NCBI GenBank assembly: GCA_044225505.1
Contig: JBGAIN010000078.1
Coordinates: forward strand, 1 to 37,702
Direction of reading: 5' to 3'
Origin: Limisphaerales bacterium
GTDB lineage: Bacteria > Verrucomicrobiota > Verrucomicrobiia > Limisphaerales > SIBE01
Length of the DNA stretch: 37,702 nucleotides
Shown here in pieces: positions 30,523-37,702 of the stretch (the stretch's first letter is position 1; each line of letters begins with the position of its first letter). Below the pieces are notes generated by a model. That model ran no database searches and was not told the origin of the DNA. It worked only from the letters and a program-made list of their open reading frames with translations. A program made the position numbers and the translations under genes.

Positions 30523-31606
30523 ATGCCAAAGAACTGCGCCCTCTTTTTGGGAGTTGCCCTGGCAACCGCCTGCACCTCTGCCCTTGCACAAACAACCCCG
30601 CCAGCGACCAATGCTCCTTCCGCTCGGCGCGAACGGCCAGCACCGGTCATTTCGCCCGAACTGCTCGCGGATAATAGCGTGGTTTTTCGTCTCGATGCTC
30701 CAAAGGCGTCCGAAGTTAAGGTGGTCGGCCAATTCGGGGCTGACACCGCCTTGGCCAAAGACGCCAAGGGGTTGTGGTCAGTGACGATCCCGAGCGTGAA
30801 GCCTGGCGTTCACGAATACCATTTCGTGGTCGATGGATTGAGCGTCATAGATCCGCAAAACTCCTGGGTCAAACCCCAGCGCTGGCCGAGCGTCAGCATC
30901 TTGCACGTTCCTTCGAACCCGCCCGTTCCCTGGGATTTGCAGGACATTCCGCATGGCGTGCTGCATGAACACACTTACAAATCCAAAGCTCTGAATGCCT
31001 GGCGCCGCCTTGTCGTTTACACCCCACCCAACACCACGCGTCGGTTGCCTGTCCTTTACCTGTCTCATGGTTACAGCGACAATGAAGCGTCCTGGTCTGT
31101 CCATGGCAAAGCGCATTGGATCATGGACTCGCTCATCGCCAGCAAACAAGCCGTGCCCATGGTGGTGGTGATGATGGACGCTCACCCGATTCCGCCGNNN
31201 NNNNNNNNNNNNNNNNNNNNNNNNNNNNNNNNNNNNNNNNNNNNNAGTCGAACGAAAACCTCAAGCCCGCGCGTTTGCAGGGTTATCGATGGGAGGACAC
31301 CACGCGTTGACGGTCGCCCTGAACCATCACGATCAATTTCGGTGGATTGGCGCATTCAGCTCGGCGCCCCCGTCGACCAACAGCGTCGCGGCTGCCCTCA
31401 AAGACGGCGCTAGCGTGAATCGCGACCTCAAACTGTTCTGGATCGCTTGCGGCCAGAAAGATTTCCTCTTCCAACGCAATCGCGAGTTTGACGCGCTTCT
31501 CAAAGCCAAAGGTATCCATCACGACTTCCTCGAAACGGAAGGGGACCATTCCTGGCCAGTGTGGCGTCGATACCTGGTGGAGTTTGCGCCCAAGCTCTTT
31601 CGGTAA
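30523..31606 (+). CDS. Exported esterase (N-terminal CBM48-like domain plus CE1-like alpha/beta hydrolase), spanning an assembly gap
   Basis: Before the gap: VVFRLDAPKASEVKV, YHFVVDGLSVIDP, VYTPP and PVLYLSHG. After the N-run, from 31247: VERKPQARAFAGLSMGG (GxSxG), IACGQKDFL and GDHSWPVWRRYL. The frame change across the Ns reflects an inexact gap length. Confidence 0.85.
31198..31245. other. Scaffold gap (48 N)
   Basis: Run of N visible in the sequence. Confidence 1.
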
Positions 31607-31686
31607 CCTTTGGCATCGATCCAGACCCGATAGCGACTTGGGTTTCGTGCCCGCATCGGTCTGTAATCCTTCGCTCACACTCCTCT

Positions 31687-33306
31687 ATGAAACCGATTGG
31701 ACGCCGCAACTTCGTCAAACAAGTGGGCCTTGGCTGTCTGGGCACGCTGGCCGCTCGCTCCAGCCGCGCGGCTGAGCCGCGGATTGAAATACTGATCAAT
31801 GAACCAATCGGCAAGATTTCGCCCGATATCTACGGGCACTTCGCGGAGCATATTGGCGGGGTGATCTACGATGGCATCTGGGTGGGGGAAGACTCCAAGA
31901 TCCCAAATATCGGCGGCATTCGAACCGCCTTGGTCGAACATATGCGCCGAATCAAGCCAGCGGTCGTGCGTTGGCCAGGGGGCTGTTTTGCCGATTCCTA
32001 CAACTGGCGCGATGGGATCGGACCCCGCAGCCAACGACCCCGGCGCACCAATTTCTGGATTAACGACGACTTCCTGCGCCGCGCGCCGGACGGACCGCAG
32101 AAATATGACCCTAACCAGTTCGGCACGAATGAGTTTGTCCACTTTTGCAGGCTGGTTGGAGCGCAGCCCTACTTGGCGGCAAATGTGCGTAGCCTGACCG
32201 CCCGTGACTTTTATGAATGGGTCGAATATTGCAACGCCCCTGCTAACGTCACCACGCTTTCCGATCAGCGTGCCGCGCAAGGAGATACCGAGCCGTTCCA
32301 GGTTCGTTATTGGGGCGTTGGGAACGAGTCGTGGGGTTGCGGGGGGAACTTCACGCCGGAGGAGTATGCCACCGAGTTTCGGCGGTTTACCGCGTGGGTG
32401 CCCGATTACGGAACGCCGCTTTCGTTCATTGGATCGGGCCCGAGCGGTGGTGACGTCGATTGGACACGCCGCTTTCTGACGAAGCTGACGGAGCGCGACA
32501 AAGGCATGCTCGGTGTCATGTACGGTTGGGCTATGCACTATTACTGCGGGACCTCCGGGAAAGGACAGGCGATCGACTTCACAGAGCAGGATTGGGTGGA
32601 ATTGCTCGAGAAGGCCGTTCAGATGGAACCACTCATTCAGCAGCAATGGGCAGCCATGGGTGAGATTGATCGTAACCACAGGATCAAGCTGATCGTGGAT
32701 GAATGGGGCGCCTGGCACCGCGCCGGAACGGAAGTCCATCCAGCTCACCTGTTTGGCCAGACGTCCACCATGCGCGATGCCCTGATCGCGGCGCTCACCT
32801 TGGACATTTTCAATCGACACGCGGATAAGGTCGTGATGGCGAACGTCGCCCAGCTCATCAATAATTTACATTCTCTCTTCCTCGCTCGGGAAGATCGATT
32901 CGTGGCGACGCCAAACTTCCATATCTTTGAAGCCTATGCCGCCCACCAAGGCGGACAGTCACTTCGGACGGTCTTTTCTGTCCCTCGCATGCGCATCCGC
33001 ACGGGATCGCAGGTCAGCCTGGCGGCACTTTCCGGCTCCGCCTCGCTCCACGACAAACAGTTGGTGCTGACGGTGGTGAACCCGGATCCAACGCAAGCTC
33101 AAGAAGCGGAGGTACATATCCCAGGTGCTAGAATCCAGTCCGGCCAGATCCGCACTTTGGCTGCGTCAGATATCCACGCTCACAACTCGTTCAACGAACC
33201 CAATCAAGTCCATCCTACGGATCGGGAATTTCGTGGGAGCGGTTCAGCCTTTGTCCATCACATTCCGCCCGCTTCAGTGACTCGGTTTCTGTTAACACTT
33301 AGCTAA
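31687..33306 (+). CDS. Alpha-L-arabinofuranosidase, GH51, with Tat signal peptide
   Basis: Twin-arginine signal GRRNFVK; motifs IYGHFAEH, RWPGGCFADSYNWRDGIGP, FGTNEF, WGVGNESWGCGG, IVDEWG and MANVAQLIN. Confidence 0.93.
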   Translation: MKPIGRRNFVKQVGLGCLGTLAARSSRAAEPRIEILINEPIGKISPDIYGHFAEHIGGVIYDGIWVGEDSKIPNIGGIRTALVEHMRRIKPAVVRWPGGCFADSYNWRDGIGPRSQRPRRTNFWINDDFLRRAPDGPQKYDPNQFGTNEFVHFCRLVGAQPYLAANVRSLTARDFYEWVEYCNAPANVTTLSDQRAAQGDTEPFQVRYWGVGNESWGCGGNFTPEEYATEFRRFTAWVPDYGTPLSFIGSGPSGGDVDWTRRFLTKLTERDKGMLGVMYGWAMHYYCGTSGKGQAIDFTEQDWVELLEKAVQMEPLIQQQWAAMGEIDRNHRIKLIVDEWGAWHRAGTEVHPAHLFGQTSTMRDALIAALTLDIFNRHADKVVMANVAQLINNLHSLFLAREDRFVATPNFHIFEAYAAHQGGQSLRTVFSVPRMRIRTGSQVSLAALSGSASLHDKQLVLTVVNPDPTQAQEAEVHIPGARIQSGQIRTLAASDIHAHNSFNEPNQVHPTDREFRGSGSAFVHHIPPASVTRFLLTLS

Positions 33307-33424
33307 GTGGGAGTGACTGCGGACGGACGGTCGTCCGCGGCAGAGGTTTAGTCCTATTTCTCGAGAATCGAGTCCGTACCAACCCTCATCCAACTGTTCG
33401 AGTGCGCACGATCATCTGCCGCTG

Positions 33425-33464
33425 ACTCACAGGTAACCCATTTCGGAGTGGGTTACCTGTGGGT
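33425..33464. repeat. Long inverted repeat/hairpin (REP-like or terminator-like)
   Basis: Perfect 13-bp arms CACAGGTAACCCA (33428-33440) / TGGGTTACCTGTG (33449-33461), extendable by ACT/GGT; no U-tract on either strand. Confidence 0.8.
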
Positions 33465-33581
33465 GACCAGCGAATGAACGCCTAAGGACGATTGGACGAG
33501 CGCGGAGAGGTTTGGCGACGAGTTGCACGACTCGGAAATTTGTAAATTATTCAACTGCAATTGTATAAGTCCTAATCATTC

Positions 33582-33601
33582 TTGGAGACAATTGTCTCCA
33601 A
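33582..33601. promoter_or_regulatory. Perfect 20-bp palindrome, candidate transcription-factor operator
   Basis: TTGGAGACAA|TTGTCTCCAA with no spacer, in an AT-rich patch upstream of the MFS gene. Confidence 0.55.
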
Positions 33602-34065
33602 CGTCTCACGGATTGGGGCCGGTCCGTTCCCAAAGAAGCGTCGCAGACCGAGATTTGTTGCACACTCCGTTCACAAATTGTGGACTGCTCAACCTGTCCT
33701 GTCTTTGAAACGTAGGGGTGTTCGTCGCCACGACTCAGCTTCACGAGGCTCTTCAATACGCTGGCGCACAACCACTAAGCTACGAACTCAGTTTCGTTAT
33801 TGTTCCATTCATGCGGGGGTCGATCAGAATGGCCAGAATGCTGCTGAAAGACCTGTCGCTCGTCAGCGATACGAGGTCGAGAGGCGACCCCCCAGGGCTC
33901 GCTAACAAGCTCGACGTTCTGGCGTGCATGGGTCATTAGAATTCTGCGCAGTTGGTCGCTTCGGGTATTAAGACCGTGCGGTGTTGCGGCTGGTCTATTC
34001 CGAAAAATGCCCCACTTAGAAGCCAGCTTCATAGAGTGCGATAGACTGGTCATTCGGAAATCGGC

Positions 34066-35448
34066 ATGTACTCCATAGATTGGTCCAGAGTGTTCTGGAG
34101 AAAACCGCGGGGCAGCTTCGCTGCGCGCAGGGAACCTGCCAATGAACGTAAGGAGGGCGCAGCGACGGGTTGGCTGCCGCCGGTGAGCAAGACGGTATGG
34201 GCGTTAGGTATTACCAGTCTTTTCACGGACATTTCGTCGGAAATGGTCGCCAGCATTCTGCCGATCTATCTGGTGCTTCACCTTGGGATAAGCCCGTTGG
34301 CTTTTGGCATGTTGGATGGCATCTATCAGGGGGCTGCTGCGTTGGTCAGTGTGGCAAGCGGCCTTTGGGCTGATCGTTGGCGAAGACACAAAGAAGTGGC
34401 GGCGCTGGGGTACGGCCTTTCTGCGGGCTGCCGGTTGCTGATTCTTGTGGCGGGAAACGCGTGGGGAATCATTACCGCCATCATCACCTTGGATCGCATC
34501 GGGAAGGGCATCCGCACTGCGCCGCGCGACTCACTCATCTCCCAAAGTAGCGCCGCGTCGGGATTGGCCACCGCATTTGGCGTTCACCGCGCGATGGATG
34601 CGGCGGGAGCAATGTTAGGTCCGGTTCTCGCTTTCGCTCTGCTGGCAATCATGCCGCACCGATTTGACGTTGTGTTTGTGGTTAGCTTCGGCGTTGCCAC
34701 CATCGGATTGGGGGCGATCACATTGCTCGTTCCCGCCGTGGCACCTGGCGACCAACCGACCTCCGCGGCATCGGATGCGCTCAAGCAAGCCGGTCAACTG
34801 CGGGTGCGTTGTCCCCGGTGCCCGACGCCTCAATTGCAGTGCGGGAAATCAGTCTCGTTCAGATCGGCGATGCATTTGCTGGGCGAGGCCAGGTTTCGCG
34901 GCCTAGTCGTGACCGGAGTCATTCTTGGACTTGCGACCATCAGTGAGAGCTTCATTTTCCTCATTCTACAGCGACGGTTCGATGTCGGTCTTTCTGCCTT
35001 TCCCTTGCTCTATGTCGCGACGTCGTTGTTCACGGCAGCGTTCTCAATTCCGTGCGGCCGACTCGCGGATGGTTTGGGGAGAACCCACGTACTGCTGGGC
35101 GGCTATGGAGTTCTTGCCGCGGTCTACGGGGTTTTGCTCTTGCCCGCCAGCGGCGGGCTGTTCGTGATAACGGCTGCCGTTCTGCTGCTGGGAGCTTTTT
35201 ATGCGGCGACCGATGGCGTGCTGACCGCGATGGCGGCGGCCGCGCTCCCTCTAAATCATTCTGGGACCGGCCTGGCCGTGCTCGCGACAGCGACTAATCT
35301 AGCGCGGTTGACAGCGTCGGTCTTGTTTGGATTATTATGGGCACGTGCCGGCATCGGCCAGGCGACCGTCTGCTATCTATTGGCGCTGGCGGTCGCCATG
35401 GTAAGCGCGTTCTTTGTATTAAACCGGCCTAGCTCAGATGCCGCCTAA
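34066..35448 (+). CDS. MFS transporter
   Basis: About 12 hydrophobic segments; motifs SLFTDISSEM, GLWADRWRR (motif A), DRIGKGIRTAPRDSLI, AFGVHRAMDAAGA and GRLADGLGR. Confidence 0.92.
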   Translation: MYSIDWSRVFWRKPRGSFAARREPANERKEGAATGWLPPVSKTVWALGITSLFTDISSEMVASILPIYLVLHLGISPLAFGMLDGIYQGAAALVSVASGLWADRWRRHKEVAALGYGLSAGCRLLILVAGNAWGIITAIITLDRIGKGIRTAPRDSLISQSSAASGLATAFGVHRAMDAAGAMLGPVLAFALLAIMPHRFDVVFVVSFGVATIGLGAITLLVPAVAPGDQPTSAASDALKQAGQLRVRCPRCPTPQLQCGKSVSFRSAMHLLGEARFRGLVVTGVILGLATISESFIFLILQRRFDVGLSAFPLLYVATSLFTAAFSIPCGRLADGLGRTHVLLGGYGVLAAVYGVLLLPASGGLFVITAAVLLLGAFYAATDGVLTAMAAAALPLNHSGTGLAVLATATNLARLTASVLFGLLWARAGIGQATVCYLLALAVAMVSAFFVLNRPSSDAA

Positions 35449-36514
35449 TCAACCATCAACCCCGCCGTCCGACGTGCCGCCCAACGGCCGCAACTCGTTC
35501 CTTTTTGCGCTCGTATGTGTCGTGGCGATCGTAGGAATCGTTGGCTACGTTTTTTATTCGCGCGACCCGATGAAACCGCGCCAAACCGCCGGCACGCCGA
35601 CGGTGGTGGAGGAAGGCCGGCAGCTTAACGATATTACCCGCCAACCGCATCTCTTGTTTCGCAACACCGCGCTCGGTCCGTTGTACGGAAGGCTGGTCGT
35701 GGCTCCACTCGACGCGCCAGATGGTAGCCGTTACATGACCCCGCTCTCCTGTGAACGGGTTCATGGCATGGGCAAGTCAGGGATTTGCCTTCAGGCATCA
35801 CGGGGAGTCATTACCACCTATCAGTGCGTGAGTTTTGACAGCAACTTTCAGGTTCGAAACACTTTCAAGCTGGCTGGAATCCCAAGTCGCACACGTGTTT
35901 CGCGGGATGGTCGCCTGGCAGGCGTCACTGTGTTTGTCGCGGGCGACTCCTATACTTCCTCTGGTTTTTCCACACGCGCGACAATCTTCGACCTTGGGTC
36001 GGCAAATGTCGTCGGCGATCTGGAGTCCTTCGAGGTCCGGAAGAACGACCAGCATTTCAAAGAAGTGGATTTTAATTTCTGGGGGATAACTTTCGCCAAG
36101 GACGGCGACCGGTTCTATGCGACGCTCTCGACCGGTGGCAAAATGTTCCTCGTTGAAGGCCGGGTTTCTCGTCGCGCACTGACTGTCATCCGAGAAGGGG
36201 TCGAGTGCCCTTCGCTATCTCCTGACGGGACCCGGGTGGTCTTCAAATCACGTACGATTGTGGGCGGGGGACGACTGGTTTGGCGGCTGCATGTGCTGAA
36301 CCTGAATACGCTAACGGAGACTTCCGTAAACGAGATACGCAGCGTGGACGATCAGAGTGAATGGCTGGATGATAGTCAGGTGTTGTACACCCTTCCGAGA
36401 GGCGTCGACGGCGACGGATCGTCCGATGTCTGGGTCGCTCCGGCCGACGGCACGGGAACCCCGCGTGTGTTCGTGCACAATGCGACCTCACCGTGCGTTG
36501 TTCGTCCTGAATGA
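35438..36514 (+). CDS. Membrane-anchored TolB-like beta-propeller protein
   Basis: One N-terminal transmembrane helix; PD40-like repeats (RVSRDGR, TFAKDGDR, CPSLSPDGTRVVF, DVWVAPADGTGTP); overlaps the MFS stop by 11 bp. Confidence 0.82.
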   Translation: MPPNQPSTPPSDVPPNGRNSFLFALVCVVAIVGIVGYVFYSRDPMKPRQTAGTPTVVEEGRQLNDITRQPHLLFRNTALGPLYGRLVVAPLDAPDGSRYMTPLSCERVHGMGKSGICLQASRGVITTYQCVSFDSNFQVRNTFKLAGIPSRTRVSRDGRLAGVTVFVAGDSYTSSGFSTRATIFDLGSANVVGDLESFEVRKNDQHFKEVDFNFWGITFAKDGDRFYATLSTGGKMFLVEGRVSRRALTVIREGVECPSLSPDGTRVVFKSRTIVGGGRLVWRLHVLNLNTLTETSVNEIRSVDDQSEWLDDSQVLYTLPRGVDGDGSSDVWVAPADGTGTPRVFVHNATSPCVVRPE

Positions 36515-36739
36515 CCGCGGCTCGAGCAGCCGAAGGGAAAATACTGACAAGGTCATCACAGCACGCTGAAGTGCATCCTTGCGGTGGCTGGGTGCGACCG
36601 GTTCCGAAAGACTGGTTGAATGGAGACGAGGCATCCCGTTCGCTGGCCATGAGGGAGACGGACGGCGTGTGCTGGACGGGGTTGCCGTCGCTCGATGGGA
36701 ACAACACGTTTGGAGGGAGTCGGTTGAGAGAGCCAGCTT

Positions 36740-36979
36740 CTACAGATGAAATTCGTCAGCCGTTTTCGCCCGCCATCGCTCCTCGGCGCTGCACACTCCT
36801 TGCGGGAACCACGCGCGAAGTTCCCGGCTTCGGCGAACCAGTTCCCCGAGCGGTATAGCTGGTGGAAATGATCGGAAGCGGTCGCCCGACGGTAGATCTA
36901 AACCGCTGGGCGCGAGCGTGGCTCCGTCACGGACTGCGCCAGAGTCGAAGAAAGGACTCGTAGATTTCTCTCGTTCCAT
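36740..36979 (-). CDS. Small hypothetical protein overlapping the 3' end of the nucleotidyltransferase gene (putative partner/antitoxin)
   Basis: 79-aa ORF (LDLP...PP...EERWRAKTADEFHL) on the same strand, overlapping the upstream gene by 53 bp. The start position is uncertain. Confidence 0.55.
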   Translation of the reverse strand: MEREKSTSPFFDSGAVRDGATLAPSGLDLPSGDRFRSFPPAIPLGELVRRSRELRAWFPQGVCSAEERWRAKTADEFHL

Positions 36980-37463
36980 ACTCTAGAAATAACTGTTCGT
37001 ATTGGGACTGACGGAGATCAATGGAGTTGCGTCGAAGCAAAAGTTCAACATCTTCGGCATCCTTGCCAGTTCGATGGGGCAGAGCTTGCTTCAACGCGTG
37101 AAGCTTAAGCGCGAGGAGATGGTCCAGACAGGGGACGGGGGCGTGGCCGCCGCCAAAATCACGTTCTTCCGAGGCGTGCCAAATGGGATCAAAGGTGGAT
37201 TCGTCGACGAACATGAGGTCCAGTCCGTCACCCGGAGTGGCCTGGCTGAACTAGGCGAAGGCACGGGTCTGGCCGAACACCGTTAACCCCTTTTGCGTGA
37301 GCCGATCGAACCAGGGATTGCGGTCTGCACGCCGGACGAGAAAGTCGACGTCGAATGTCGCTCGCGTGTGACCGTGGGCAGCCACGGCGTAACCACCGAT
37401 GATGAGAAACCGGAGCGGCGGCGCTACTTGTCCAAGTCGAATAAAATCAACTAGTGTGGTGAC
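36927..37463 (-). pseudogene. Pol-beta-superfamily nucleotidyltransferase (AbiEii/DUF6036-like) with an in-frame TAG at 37251-37253
   Basis: One continuous frame reads FLIIGGYAVAAHGHTRATFDVDFLV...TRAFA*FSQATPGDGLDLMFV...HLLALKLHA...RTGKDAEDV, containing the GG, TxDxD, K and KDxxD motifs. No canonical start codon is present at the expected position (GTC at 37461-37463 after an AAGGA). Confidence 0.82.
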
Positions 37464-37483
37464 CGCTAAGTCCTTGCACTTTC

Positions 37484-37699
37484 GCGGCGAGGGTTTTTTC
37501 GCGCCCGCAAGGCGCGAGCGAGGCGCAGACCCGTCCCGACAGGTCGGGATAACGAGCGAGGAACGCGGCGGGCGCGCGAAAGAACCGCCGCCCAATGGGT
37601 TGCGCTGAAAATGGGTCCTGGCTGCGTGGCTCCTCGGTCATAGAGCGCGGCGGCAATCATGGGTCGTCGCGCCTCGCCAGGACCCATTTTGAGCGCAAC
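37484..37699. repeat. Two adjacent, oppositely oriented ~100-bp inverted-repeat units (MITE/REP-like)
   Basis: Unit 2 has arms 37599-37622 / 37676-37699 (23/24 complementary). Unit 1 has arms 37484-37508 / 37568-37591 (perfect 9-bp core) and an inner hairpin TCCCGAC/GTCGGGA. The interiors share GCYGCGT..CTC...TCGCGCCTYGC in opposite orientation. Confidence 0.7.
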
Positions 37700-37702
37700 G
37701 AA

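Noticed and set aside
31198..31289. Apparent frameshift or split of the esterase gene
   Set aside because: The break coincides with the N-gap; both halves belong to one ordinary esterase.
31675..32820. Long antisense ORFs (this 381-aa one, also 2227-2964, 22528-23160 and others)
   Set aside because: Shadow frames of well-supported genes, as expected in GC-rich coding DNA.
33523..34053. Several 60-107-aa ORFs in the spacer before the MFS gene
   Set aside because: They overlap each other, show no family motifs and have no convincing translation signals.
20750..37253. Amber (TAG) recoding or pyrrolysine, suggested by in-frame TAGs in gyrA and the nucleotidyltransferase
   Set aside because: TAG is the genuine stop of several intact genes here (proB, the M29 aminopeptidase, trxB, the PVC heme protein). 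The gyrA TAG is a deletion junction, so readthrough would not restore the missing residues.

Overview
A gene-dense, GC-rich bacterial chromosomal segment, most likely from Verrucomicrobiota (Pedosphaera/Limisphaera-like). This is inferred from a PVC-type heme-binding protein, two exported proteins ending in a 'W...R(F/Y)(Y/F)R' C-terminal module, and the style of gyrB/gyrA. It is probably a draft or metagenome scaffold, as there is a 48-N gap at 31198-31245. Housekeeping content: M42 and M29 peptidases, proB, mazG, dedA, trxB, hisB, an ECF sigma/anti-sigma/accessory triplet, gyrB-gyrA, a fused GH13-GH133 glycogen debranching enzyme, and a pentose/hemicellulose cluster (xylB, esterase, GH51). 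The most striking item is a ~1334-aa exported cytochrome c with nine CxxCH motifs. It carries five tandem Ig-like repeats, a cadherin-like and a PKD domain and a putative C-terminal sorting domain, lies behind a correctly spaced sigma54-type promoter, and converges on a PVC-type monoheme dehydrogenase-like gene. gyrA has an in-frame deletion of about 40 codons that creates a TAG, and xylB lacks about 14 codons; both may be assembly artefacts. The right end (about 33.3-37.7 kb) looks accessory: a perfect 20-bp palindrome, an MFS plus TolB-like beta-propeller pair, a nonsense-disrupted nucleotidyltransferase with an overlapping small partner ORF (toxin-antitoxin-like), and a paired-hairpin MITE/REP-like element. 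No rRNA, tRNA or CRISPR array was recognised. All family assignments come from motif recognition by eye; no database searches were run.
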